Shown here piece by piece: positions 1-9,136 of a stretch of DNA of 64,000 nt. Position 1 is the first letter of the stretch. Every line of letters begins with the position of its first letter. Origin of the DNA: Rubripirellula sp. (GTDB lineage: Bacteria > Planctomycetota > Planctomycetia > Pirellulales > Pirellulaceae); NCBI GenBank assembly GCA_965216875.1, contig OZ244207.1, positions 2,752,001 through 2,816,000 of the forward strand. Direction: 5' to 3'. The notes beneath the pieces were generated by a model that made no database searches, was not told the origin of the DNA, and was given only the letters and a program-made list of their open reading frames with translations. Made by a program: the position numbers and the translations under genes.

Positions 1-813
1 CCGAATGTTGTTCAGCAGGAACGCGATGAACTTGATCGGGTTCTGCTGGTAGCGTTCGGGGATCTGTACCTGGATGTGCATCTGATCAATCGCTTGTGCG
101 CGGGTTCGCCCCGATGCACTGCCCATGTTTCCGGTGTCACCGAAAGTGACCTGCGAAAGGTTGTTGATTTCGTCCTCGATGCGCTGCGCCATATCGAAGC
201 TGGCGAAGTCTCGATCGAGCACAAGGGTGATGAGGCCATTTCGTTGAAACGCCGCGTTCACCTCGGCTTCCATTTTGGCACCGCCTTGAATTGTCGCACT
301 GGTCGCCGGCCCGTCTGGCGATACGGACAATGTCCCTTGGGCTGTCGCATAGACCGTTGGGTTGTCGGCCCGTGGCCCCAGCATCATCGTCAACATCAAC
401 GTGCCGCCCTCGAGGCTCTTCGCGTTGATTGCGTTGACTCGCACATCAAGCAGGTCGCCCGGCTGGGCGCCAACGCTGGGCACGGTCGCAGTGACAAACA
501 CCATTGCGACGTTGCGAGATTCTTCGACATCAGCAAGATTCAGTTGACCGCCCCGATCGATACTCATCGGCGCGCCCATGTTTTTCATCATTTGCGCAAG
601 GGCACGCGCTGTCGGTGCAGAATCGGAATCACCCGTACCGCGCAGGCCAACGACCAACCCCAAACCTTGAAGGGTATTGGTTTCCTGTCCCTTGAGACGA
701 CAGAGTTCGCCCAGCCTCAAGTCACCCGCATGACCTACGTTTGACACGCACAGTGCAAACGCGAGCCCAAGCAGCAGGCCAATCAATCGTAGGTTGCTCA
801 AACGTCGCCTCAC
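1..813 (-). CDS. flgI: Flagellar P-ring protein FlgI (5' part; runs off the left edge of the window)
   Basis: Not in the ORF track. Manual translation from GTG at 813 gives VRRRLSNLRLIGLLLGLAFALCVSNVGHAGDLRLGELCRLKGQETNTLQGLGLVVGLRGTGD, a signal peptide plus the FlgI N-terminal 'N.L.G.GLVVGL.GTGD' motif. The start overlaps the flgH stop. Confidence 0.9.
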   Translation of the reverse strand, partial: MRRRLSNLRLIGLLLGLAFALCVSNVGHAGDLRLGELCRLKGQETNTLQGLGLVVGLRGTGDSDSAPTARALAQMMKNMGAPMSIDRGGQLNLADVEESRNVAMVFVTATVPSVGAQPGDLLDVRVNAINAKSLEGGTLMLTMMLGPRADNPTVYATAQGTLSVSPDGPATSATIQGGAKMEAEVNAAFQRNGLITLVLDRDFASFDMAQRIEDEINNLSQVTFGDTGNMGSASGRTRAQAIDQMHIQVQIPERYQQNPIKFIAFLLNNIR

Positions 814-1577
814 TAGAACGGCCCCGCGCGATCAAGGAATCTCGTCCACCAGCCGCGTTTGTAGCCATCACGCAGATGACCGCGGTCCATTTTCCGAATT
901 TCCAAGTCAATCAGATCTTTGCTTAGCACGACGTTGTCCGGCGCGATGTCGTCGGCGCGACAGATTCCAGACAACGACGTTTCCCATAAGTTGTCGTTTA
1001 CACGAATCGTCTTGCGTGCTTCAAGAACAAGTGAACCGTTTGGTCGAATGTCGACGACCGTTGCCGCGATGTTGAAAGTCATCGATTCGCGTGATTCGAC
1101 GGTCGATTCCGCCCGGTACTGTGCATTCGATTCCCCCGCGACCGTAGGATCCCCATTGGCCTGGGCGTCCGGTCGCAAGCGAAACTCGGTGATGCGAATC
1201 CAATCGCTTAGCACTGCTTCAAACAGCGTTCGCTTGCGGTTTTCGGCGGCACCTTCGGCGAGCACTCGGGTGATTTCGTCCACACGAATCGTGATGATGT
1301 CGTTGATTGCGAATTGCCGAATCGGCGGCGCGGGCTGGTAGGTCCAACTGGCACCATTGAGCAGCACACGAGGACGATCCTCTTGCGCTGTCGGCACGCT
1401 GGCATACGGAATGGGTGGCTGTGCCGTTGCCGCGCCAATCTGACCTTGGCCCGGATAGGTCGGCATCAGTGGCCCCTGGTGCAAAAGCGAGCTGTTTTGC
1501 GCCGATGCGTTGGGCAGGCAGACGACGCTCGCAGCAAGGAAACCTGCGACGGCGACGATTGTCTTAATACTGTTCAT
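813..1577 (-). CDS. flgH: Flagellar L-ring protein FlgH
   Basis: Motifs 'DIITIRVDE', 'VVDIRPNGSLVLEARK.IRVN', 'LSGICR..DI.PDN.V.S'; lies between flgA and flgI. Confidence 0.92.
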   Translation of the reverse strand: MNSIKTIVAVAGFLAASVVCLPNASAQNSSLLHQGPLMPTYPGQGQIGAATAQPPIPYASVPTAQEDRPRVLLNGASWTYQPAPPIRQFAINDIITIRVDEITRVLAEGAAENRKRTLFEAVLSDWIRITEFRLRPDAQANGDPTVAGESNAQYRAESTVESRESMTFNIAATVVDIRPNGSLVLEARKTIRVNDNLWETSLSGICRADDIAPDNVVLSKDLIDLEIRKMDRGHLRDGYKRGWWTRFLDRAGPF

Positions 1578-2740
1578 CGTACCTGTGGAGCTCGAGTGAC
1601 AATTTCGACCAAACCGTGACGCACCACTCGCGCCAATAGACGTTTTCTTGGACTGAGCGTTTCGACTTCGATGGCATCCGAAACCGCTCCCTGTTCAACA
1701 GCGCGACCGCGCGTTGTCACGGTGATCCCGCCTCCAATCACTTGAATGTCGACGGCGTCACCACGTTTGATCACAACCGGCGCACCAACCTCGCCTCTGG
1801 ATATCGGCTGATTGGCCCGCACCATCCCGTGCACTTCCATCCCGACGAGTTCATTTGGATCGCTCACAAATGACGGCTCGAACTCGCCATCGGAAACCGG
1901 TTTGACGACCAAGTCTTCTGATCGCAATCGATGCCCTCGGCTGAAGGTCTTGCGAGGGAAAACGACGCGTGGATGCGCCGTGAGGGTCGCTTCCAATACC
2001 GCTTGGCAGGTCCGATCTTGCGTATTGCCGAGCACCTGAATCGTTTGTCGTCCCTCACCAATCGCACTCAGAAAGTCGATATCCGCTGGACCGATCATGC
2101 CGTGCAAGTGCACCAGTTCGGGCTGCTTCAAATCGATGTCGATCGCATACGCCTCGACCACCGATTCATGTTGTGTTTTTAGAGCCAGTTGAATTCTTGC
2201 CAGGATCGCCTTTGCCTGTGAACGTGGTAACGGCGGCGTCGATGCGGGCAGCCTTGCTTCGGGAATCTGTCGGTAGGCCGGCCGATGCGAGGTCTGGCGG
2301 ATTTCGTTCTGCTTGGGCGCGTTGGGATCGTGAATCACTTTGATCTGTTCTGGCCCCACCCATTCGATCACCGAAGGTGTCGCCTCGGCTTTTCGAATCA
2401 CATCGCCGAGCCGCTCGCGATCGATCACCATCGCGGTGCCATCGAGCGGAACCAGGCCAACCGATGCGCGGCCAAGCCGTTGCCATCCGCCCATCTGAGG
2501 ATCAAGCGGAACAACAATGTCGCGAAGTCGGACGATCGACGACGAAACACGTACGGGCGAGATTGTTCGAAAAGCCCAGCGAGTGTTCGCATCGACCGTC
2601 GCCCACTGCACCGAATCGGCTGATGCCGAAGCGTGTGGGACGCCAGGATGCGATTGCGCATGAAGATTGCCGCTAGCCATGGCAAAAACCAGCGTGAAGA
2701 TCGCGGCAGATCGAATGGCGGTTTGTCGGATCAAGATCAA
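1574..2740 (-). CDS. flgA: Flagellar P-ring assembly chaperone FlgA (long form)
   Basis: Signal peptide; C-terminal SAF-like region 'VIKRGDAV.I...GGGITVT..GRA...GA..D.I.V'; flgG-flgA-flgH order. Confidence 0.85.
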   Translation of the reverse strand: MILIRQTAIRSAAIFTLVFAMASGNLHAQSHPGVPHASASADSVQWATVDANTRWAFRTISPVRVSSSIVRLRDIVVPLDPQMGGWQRLGRASVGLVPLDGTAMVIDRERLGDVIRKAEATPSVIEWVGPEQIKVIHDPNAPKQNEIRQTSHRPAYRQIPEARLPASTPPLPRSQAKAILARIQLALKTQHESVVEAYAIDIDLKQPELVHLHGMIGPADIDFLSAIGEGRQTIQVLGNTQDRTCQAVLEATLTAHPRVVFPRKTFSRGHRLRSEDLVVKPVSDGEFEPSFVSDPNELVGMEVHGMVRANQPISRGEVGAPVVIKRGDAVDIQVIGGGITVTTRGRAVEQGAVSDAIEVETLSPRKRLLARVVRHGLVEIVTRAPQVR

Positions 2741-2763
2741 CTCTCTTTGCGAGTCAACGCGGC

Positions 2764-3570
2764 TTAGAACCGACGCAGGTTGGAAATGTTCTGCATGATC
2801 TGGTCACCCGCCTGGACGGCCTGACTGTTCAGCTCGAAGGCGCGCTGAGTGGTGATCAAATCGATCAACTCTTGCACAGGCTGGACGTTTGAAGCTTCAA
2901 GCGAACCCTGCACCAACGCGCCCAATCCCTCTTGAGCCGGTGTGCCCAATTGAGGCTGGCCCGAGGCGTCGGTGACGCGATACATGTTCTCGCCCTCTTT
3001 CAACAGGCCATCCGGATTGATGAATTGAGCGATCTGAATCTGACCGACCGAAGCCAACTCGGTCTGACCGGGCTGGCGCACGAGCACTTCGCCGCTCGTG
3101 TTGATTTGAATGGCCGATGCGTCCTGCGGAATGGTGACCGGTGGGTCAAGCAACCGGCCGACCGATGCCGAACCCATGACCAAGTTCCCGTCGGCGTTGA
3201 TGTTGAAGTTGCCAGCGCGAGTAAAGAACTGCTCCTGCGAGGCGGGATCAAGCACCTGAAAGAACCCTTTGCCCTGGATCGCCATGTCGAGCGTCCGCCC
3301 GGTTTGTTGGAGCGTCCCCTGGCTGTGATCGGTTTGCGTGCTGGTCACGCGAACCCCCAGGCCCACCTGAGTTCCCACTGCAGTCGGAGTCTGAGTGGCA
3401 TCCTGAACACCCGGGTGCACCTCGGTTCGGTACAGCAAGTCTTCGAAGTTCGCGCGGTCTTTTTTGAAACCGGTTGTGTTGATGTTGGCTAGGTTGTTAG
3501 CGATGACGTCGAGCTTCGTCTCCATCGCGTCCATGCCGGTAGCGGCCGTGTAAAGCGTTTGCACACTCAT
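2764..3570 (-). CDS. flgG: Flagellar distal rod protein FlgG
   Basis: 'LYTAATGM...LDVIANNLANINTTGFKK.RA.FEDLLY' and C-terminal 'LEASNV..VQEL.DLI..QRAFELNS'. Confidence 0.96.
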   Translation of the reverse strand: MSVQTLYTAATGMDAMETKLDVIANNLANINTTGFKKDRANFEDLLYRTEVHPGVQDATQTPTAVGTQVGLGVRVTSTQTDHSQGTLQQTGRTLDMAIQGKGFFQVLDPASQEQFFTRAGNFNINADGNLVMGSASVGRLLDPPVTIPQDASAIQINTSGEVLVRQPGQTELASVGQIQIAQFINPDGLLKEGENMYRVTDASGQPQLGTPAQEGLGALVQGSLEASNVQPVQELIDLITTQRAFELNSQAVQAGDQIMQNISNLRRF

Positions 3571-3612
3571 GATGAATTCCGTTTCTTCTTATGCTTGTAG
3601 TCTCAACGCCAA

Positions 3613-4362
3613 CTACTGCAGAACGCGACTGATCAATGATCCCATCACCGAATCCTGGTTCTGGATCATTCGCACGTTCGCTTCGTAAACCCGCGAAGTT
3701 TCGATCATTTCCATCATCGCCCGCGTTGGACTGACGGCAGATTGCTCGAGGCTTCCCGCTACTACATTTCGATTGTCGTTAGCGACAAGATCAAAGTCCG
3801 CCAGCGGTTTGAATTGGTTACCGCCGATATGAGACAAATCGCCGAAACTCTTTGGTTTGGCCAACATCAACGACCATTGATTTGCGCCTTGTCGCAACGT
3901 TCCTTCCGGGCCAACCTCGTAGCGAACGCCCGGTTCGGTTTGAATCAGCCGACCATCGGCACCGACCACTTGGTCACCGTTTTGGTTCACCATTCTTCCG
4001 CGAGCATCAATCAAGAAGTCACCGGCTCGCGTCAGAAACTGTTCTTCGCCGCGCTGAACCACAAAGAACGATTCGTTGTCGGTAATGGCAAAGTCCGTCG
4101 AACGCCCAGTGCTCTTGATCGGACCGGTCGCAAACTTTGTTTCAGCCGGCTGAATCGTGACGCCGCCGCCGATGTCGTCGGCACCACCAAGCCCCGGTTG
4201 GACCTCGCCCTGTTCGATCAATTCAGCAAAGCGGGCCTGGACGATCGTTTGCTGTGGCTTGAACCCTGGCGTGTTGACGTTGGCCAAGTTGTTGCTGAGC
4301 TGCTCCATGCGACGGCTTTGGGCATTGGCCCCGGTCGCAGAGAGGTAAACGCCGTACGGCAT
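3613..4362 (-). CDS. flgF: Flagellar proximal rod protein FlgF (FlgF/FlgG family)
   Basis: 'SNNLANVNTPGFK', 'LTRAGDF', 'LEQSAV....MMEMI..SR.YEAN'; directly upstream of flgG. Confidence 0.85.
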   Translation of the reverse strand: MPYGVYLSATGANAQSRRMEQLSNNLANVNTPGFKPQQTIVQARFAELIEQGEVQPGLGGADDIGGGVTIQPAETKFATGPIKSTGRSTDFAITDNESFFVVQRGEEQFLTRAGDFLIDARGRMVNQNGDQVVGADGRLIQTEPGVRYEVGPEGTLRQGANQWSLMLAKPKSFGDLSHIGGNQFKPLADFDLVANDNRNVVAGSLEQSAVSPTRAMMEMIETSRVYEANVRMIQNQDSVMGSLISRVLQ

Positions 4363-4504
4363 TGCAAAAAACCGGTTCTGGGGGATAGATCACGCAATGC
4401 GAACGCCGATCAACCGATCGTCGCCGTCGGCTGATCCCCCCACAGTTCGCCACCAAAAATGGGATTAACAATTAAGAAACCGGCAGCACAAGACCAGAAA
4501 CGTG

Positions 4505-4618
4505 TGCTCCACCAATCACCCTCCCGCTTGCGGGAGGGTCGGACGCAAAGTCCGGGGAGGGCTCCTCAAAAACAAACCCTCTCCGGGCCTTGGAGCCTGA
4601 CTCTCCCAAGGGAGAGTG
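4505..4618. repeat. Composite palindromic intergenic element (CACCCTCCC/CACTCTCCC family), copy 1
   Basis: Hairpins CCCTCCCGC-TT-GCGGGAGGG and CTCTCCC-AA-GGGAGAG; near-identical reverse-complement copy at 55916-56034. Confidence 0.9.
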
Positions 4619-4753
4619 CTAAAGCACGCAGTTTCGAAGCTGTTGCGATGCCAAATTACCAGGCCGATTGTCGATTTTTCACAACGGTTATAGACTTAAT
4701 TCAGAAGCGGCCCCAAACGGCTGAAAACACGGCGAAACCACAATACCGGCTCG

Positions 4754-5194
4754 ATGACCGACGACCACGAAATCTTCCCGCAACATGTCCTCGATCATTA
4801 CGAGGATCCCTACCACCGAGGCCCTCTCGAGGGGGCCACACATGGATTCGAATCGGAAATCCCAGGTTGTGGCGACGCGATTCGCATCGAACTGCAAATT
4901 GCGCAAGACGGGACAATTCGCGAAGCCTGGTTTGATGGTGACGGCTGTGTAGCGAGTCAAGCTGCAGCATCAATGCTTGTTGAGGCGGTCGAGGGAAAAT
5001 CAACCGAGGAAGCTCGTGAATTCTCTCCTCAACAGATGCTTGATCTGCTCGGCAAGGACATCCCCTCTGCGCGACAAAAGTGTTGTCTGCTTGGATGGCG
5101 AACGTTCCAAGACGCGCTGGCTTCGCCGCTGGACGACGACCTCGACGACGCCGGACCGAATTTTGGCGGCCCCAGCCTGAGTGAAGAATGTTGA
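4754..5194 (+). CDS. sufU: SufU-type Fe-S/sulfur-transfer protein (IscU/NifU_N family)
   Basis: 'VLDHYEDP', 'GCGD', 'DGCVASQAAASML', 'RQKCCLLGW'; lacks the IscU LPPVK..C motif, so SufU-like. Confidence 0.88.
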   Translation: MTDDHEIFPQHVLDHYEDPYHRGPLEGATHGFESEIPGCGDAIRIELQIAQDGTIREAWFDGDGCVASQAAASMLVEAVEGKSTEEAREFSPQQMLDLLGKDIPSARQKCCLLGWRTFQDALASPLDDDLDDAGPNFGGPSLSEEC

Positions 5195-5311
5195 GCCAGC
5201 CGCCGGTTATTCGGTCAATCAGGAAGAACCCCATTGGGCGTGCGGACAGTATTGGGCCCGCTGACAAATCGATGCATTGGCCGACAGCAAGATGAACGCC
5301 AACGCGAGCTG

Positions 5312-7039
5312 ATGGAAAGAGACATTTCGAAGGACAACTTTGTGAACGCAGTTGATGACCTGATCGAAGAATTCGAAGACCTTGATGAACACGAGGCGTG
5401 CCAGGTTTTGGATGAACTTGGTCGTTCACTTCCCGAGATCCCAGAGTCGGTCTACTCAGACGAACACCTCGTCCCCGGATGCCAAAGCCGTGTTTGGATG
5501 GTTTGTGGACTTTCGGAAGAAGAGCCGAAGAGGCTAACGATTCAGGCAGACAGCGATGCGATCATCGTCAAGGGACTCGTCTCGGTGTTGCTTGAGATCT
5601 ATGTCGGCCAAACGCCTGCCGAAGCGATCGAGATCGACTACGCGACCATCTTTGAAAAGCTTGGGCTCGGTCGCTTGATCACGCCCCAGCGCAAGAACGG
5701 TCTCTTTTCGATGGTCAAGACGGTCCGTCAATTTGCGGCTGACCAATTGGGCCAGACCTCGATCCCCACTCTCGCACCGAGCGTGGCCGTCAAGGCCGAG
5801 GCTCCGGTTCCAACCCGATCAATCGAGTCCATCGCCAAAGAATTCCCCATCCTTCAGCGTCCGTTACCCGGTGGGAAACGGCCCGTCTTTCTCGACAGTG
5901 GTGCCAGCTCCCAAAAGCCGCACTGCGTGATCGAGAAAGAACGCGAATGCGAAGAAGAGTATTACGCCAACGCCTTTCGCGGCCGCTACTACTTTGGTCA
6001 GCGTGTTGACGACGAAATTGAATCATCGCGACAGAAAGTGGCAAGCCTGATTGGTGCTGCCGGAAGCGACGAAGTTGCCTTCACCGCTGGTACAACCCTG
6101 TCGCTAAACATGATTGCTTTCGGCTGGGGACGAAAACGTCTTTCGCCTGGTGATGAAATCGTCATCACCGAGATGGAGCATCACGCCAACTACGTGCCCT
6201 GGCAACAGTTGGCCAAAGAAACAGGGGCGACACTGCGCATCCTGTCCATCAATGATCGCTACGAGCTGTCGATGGACGAAGTCGCAGATACTCTCAACGC
6301 GTCCACAAAGATCGTTGCCATCACGAGCATGTCGAACGTGCTGGGCACCATCAACCCAATCGCCGAGATCGCCCAGGCCGCACACGACGTCGGTGCTGTG
6401 GTCGTCGTCGACGCCGCACAAAGCGTCCCGCACGAAGTGACCGATGTGGCAACGAGCGGAGCCGACTTCTTGGTCTTTTCCGGCCACAAAGTCTACGGGC
6501 CTTCCGGAGTCGGTGTGCTTTACGGCAAACGGGAACGACTTGCCCAAATGGATCCCATCGCATTTGGCGGTCACATGATTCGCGAAGTCGGCCGTACCGA
6601 ATCGACCTGGGCCGATCCGCCGGCAAGGTTCGAAGCGGGCACGATGCCGATCGTGCAAATCATCGGCCTCGGTGCGGCAGTCGACTTTGTGCGTTCGGTC
6701 GGCTTCGATGCGATTGGGAAGTTAGAACGAGAACTCACCCTGGCGGCGCATCAACAACTCAGCGAGATCAAGGGGTTGAAAATTCACGGCCCAGAAGTGT
6801 CAAAGAAGGGCGCCATCGTCAGTTTTTCGATTGACGGGATTGCGACGGAAGATCTCGCGATTCGACTCGACCAACACGGGGTCTTCACGCGACATGGTCA
6901 TCACTGCGCGATGGTGTTGCACGAGAAATTGGGCGTTGCCGCCACAACGCGAGCCAGTTTCGGACTCTACAACACCCTCGAAGATGTCAACGCATTGACA
7001 ACCGCCGTCCGCGAAGGTGTCGCCGACATCCGCCGCTAA
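5312..7039 (+). CDS. sufS: SufE-SufS fusion: N-terminal SufE sulfur-acceptor domain, Pro/Ala linker, group II cysteine desulfurase
   Basis: SufE motifs 'VPGCQSRVW', 'ADSDA.IVKGL', 'ITPQRKNGL'; SufS motifs 'FLDSGASSQKP', 'MEHHAN', 'DAAQS', 'FSGHK' (PLP Lys), 'RHGHHCA'. ATG 5312 chosen over TTG 5234. Confidence 0.9.
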   Translation: MERDISKDNFVNAVDDLIEEFEDLDEHEACQVLDELGRSLPEIPESVYSDEHLVPGCQSRVWMVCGLSEEEPKRLTIQADSDAIIVKGLVSVLLEIYVGQTPAEAIEIDYATIFEKLGLGRLITPQRKNGLFSMVKTVRQFAADQLGQTSIPTLAPSVAVKAEAPVPTRSIESIAKEFPILQRPLPGGKRPVFLDSGASSQKPHCVIEKERECEEEYYANAFRGRYYFGQRVDDEIESSRQKVASLIGAAGSDEVAFTAGTTLSLNMIAFGWGRKRLSPGDEIVITEMEHHANYVPWQQLAKETGATLRILSINDRYELSMDEVADTLNASTKIVAITSMSNVLGTINPIAEIAQAAHDVGAVVVVDAAQSVPHEVTDVATSGADFLVFSGHKVYGPSGVGVLYGKRERLAQMDPIAFGGHMIREVGRTESTWADPPARFEAGTMPIVQIIGLGAAVDFVRSVGFDAIGKLERELTLAAHQQLSEIKGLKIHGPEVSKKGAIVSFSIDGIATEDLAIRLDQHGVFTRHGHHCAMVLHEKLGVAATTRASFGLYNTLEDVNALTTAVREGVADIRR

Positions 7040-7047
7040 GGTCTATC

Positions 7048-7165
7048 GTGAGCCGCACCTGCAAGCGGCGGGCCTTGCAGGATTATTAGAAAGCCACAGA
7101 GGACACAGAGAGCACCGAGCAATCAACCGAAGGTCGGCAAACCAGTCGTGCTCGTGCTCGTGCTC
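7048..7165. repeat. Intergenic repeat cluster: GTGAGCCG-family half element (7048-7076) and (GTGCTC)x3 hexamer run (7146-7165)
   Basis: GTGAGCCGC..GCGGCGGGCC matches copies at 18378 and 48878; tcgtgctcgtgctcgtgctc is seen directly. Confidence 0.65.
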
Positions 7166-7179
7166 AGCAAAGCGCTCGA

Positions 7180-8958
7180 CTAGATCCTCGATTCACTTTC
7201 GAGGTTGAGTTCCGCGAGTTTCCAAGCTCCGTCAACGAGCTTCACTGCAAACGTCCCAACATATTGATTGCGTCGCTCGTGAAGGTGCCCCCAGTGCCCA
7301 ACGCTGCCAGCAACGTCCCAAACACATCTTGCTGAAAACGAGCCGCTGCTTGATTCGGTGACTTCACAACCGACCAAATCGACTTGCTTCACTTTCACGC
7401 GTGCTCCCCCCTGACTCGCCAGCGTCAGCGATCGACGCGTCTCGAGGTAAACCTCAGTCAGAAGTTCACCGGAGACACTTTGATCTAGAACGTTGTAGAC
7501 CGTACTCTCATCGCGATAGTCAAACGCCCGATAGACGTTGTGCAATAGCGAGTGCATCACTTCGTTGGACTGGGAATCAGTTAATGCCACCGGTCGCCCA
7601 AGGGGCAAATCGATCTGCAACCATTGCAGACGAGATGACGCCACCGCGACAAACACAAAACTTAATGCTGCAGCAAAACGGAGCATCACCTCGCGTGTCG
7701 ACGCATTTTCGCGTTTACGCATCCAGATGGTCACCGCAGCGATCATGCACGCGACCATCGCCAGAGAAATCGAGACGCCTCGTTGTGTCGGCGGGGGCAC
7801 GACACGCATCGCGGGGATTTTTGGGGACTTTAAATGATTCGTCCAAACCAAGGTGGGCGATTCCGCACTGAGAAAACTTGGCATGCCACCAGCCTGGTCG
7901 GTCGCAACCGCGGGGATTCGTGAAATGCGTTGGTCGAACAACTCCCATCGCAATTCGGCCTGCTTGGGCAACGATGCAACCGGATACACGTAAATTGCGC
8001 CGATCATTGCGTTATCAAGCGACACATCTTGGCCTTCCGGAACGACGCCGGTTGTGCGCAGCGATTGTGTGACAAAGTGCACACGGTCGAGCGTCCCGCC
8101 GATTTCCTTGCCATCGATCAACAAAGGCGTCTGTTCATGTAGAAATTCGGCGGCCAACGCACACACGCTCGATCGCTGGTCTGCTTTGACGACCGTCGCC
8201 CCCTCGAGGCCAAGATCCACCCACCGCTGCAAATCTCGCGGACGAAAGAGGACTTCCTTGCGAACTTCGAGGTGTTCGATGTAGAGGAACGCCGCTGCTG
8301 GCGCATCAAAGCGGCGTTTCAAGTTCTTTCGTTCAAATGCGCTATACCAAGGATCTTCCCAATCCAACCGCAACGTTTCAACATTCGAAAGGTAGCGAAA
8401 ATCATTGATCGCGACGCCATTGTGATAGGCAACGAAACCGATATTAGCGATCGAAGTCGGCGGCGAGCTCTCAGCCGATCGCCCCAACTCCGTTACATCG
8501 AACGTGAGCGCCGCCGGTCGATTGGCAAGAGCAAACAGGACTTCGACGCGCGCTACCCGTTCGGCTTCGTCACTTTCAATCACAATCGGCTGGCCAGTGA
8601 TTTCGTCTCGCTCGATTCGACGTCCGACTTCACATCTGGTCACGCGACCGGCGAGTACTTTCTGGTCGGCCACCATTTTCCATTGTTTGGATAAAAACTC
8701 CGGTGCTCGGCGATCGAGGGCAACCTCTTGGCCCGTCGAGTCTCGATAGAGCGCATCGGGCAAAATGTCCGCAAAAGCCTCTGCGTCGGCCGCTCCAATT
8801 TCCAGCGAGAGACGGACCTGGCCCTCTTCGACAAAAATCTCCGCGATCGTTGAAGCGGACATCGCCTTGGTGACGACCAACGCGTCCGCTAACAAAGCGG
8901 TGGGCTGCAGGACGCCAAGCATCAGCAGGAATAGAACGAGAAGTCGCAGGCGAGCCAT
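7180..8958 (-). CDS. Exported/membrane protein of unknown function (signal peptide, periplasmic part, two TM helices, His-rich C-terminal motif)
   Basis: Long ORF; likely start MARLRLLVLFLL at 8958; two hydrophobic segments; C-terminal 'GSVGHWGHLHERRNQY'. Confidence 0.75.
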   Translation of the reverse strand: MARLRLLVLFLLMLGVLQPTALLADALVVTKAMSASTIAEIFVEEGQVRLSLEIGAADAEAFADILPDALYRDSTGQEVALDRRAPEFLSKQWKMVADQKVLAGRVTRCEVGRRIERDEITGQPIVIESDEAERVARVEVLFALANRPAALTFDVTELGRSAESSPPTSIANIGFVAYHNGVAINDFRYLSNVETLRLDWEDPWYSAFERKNLKRRFDAPAAAFLYIEHLEVRKEVLFRPRDLQRWVDLGLEGATVVKADQRSSVCALAAEFLHEQTPLLIDGKEIGGTLDRVHFVTQSLRTTGVVPEGQDVSLDNAMIGAIYVYPVASLPKQAELRWELFDQRISRIPAVATDQAGGMPSFLSAESPTLVWTNHLKSPKIPAMRVVPPPTQRGVSISLAMVACMIAAVTIWMRKRENASTREVMLRFAAALSFVFVAVASSRLQWLQIDLPLGRPVALTDSQSNEVMHSLLHNVYRAFDYRDESTVYNVLDQSVSGELLTEVYLETRRSLTLASQGGARVKVKQVDLVGCEVTESSSGSFSARCVWDVAGSVGHWGHLHERRNQYVGTFAVKLVDGAWKLAELNLESESRI

Positions 8959-9136
8959 CAATTGCAATTCCGAGGAAAAGGGATGGCATTCTAGTTCCGC
9001 GCATCTTCTTTCCCAAGCATCCCTAAGAAACACTCGCCCCGATCGTTGTCGAATTGACCAGAGTCTCGGTGAGCTCCGCCATGCTGCCATCGGGTAAAAG
9101 AACGATCTCACTACGTTCCCTTCAAGAGAACCTCCC

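Noticed and set aside
4459..4935. ORFs spanning intergenic repeats (also 12509-12913, 36815-37003, 48691-49044, 60716-61045)
   Set aside because: Their translations derive from REP sequence, e.g. the recurring 'HLLAKVAT' peptide
5312..5820. Encapsulin cargo-loading N-terminus on the cysteine desulfurase
   Set aside because: The extension is a folded SufE domain rather than a disordered targeting region, and no encapsulin gene is present
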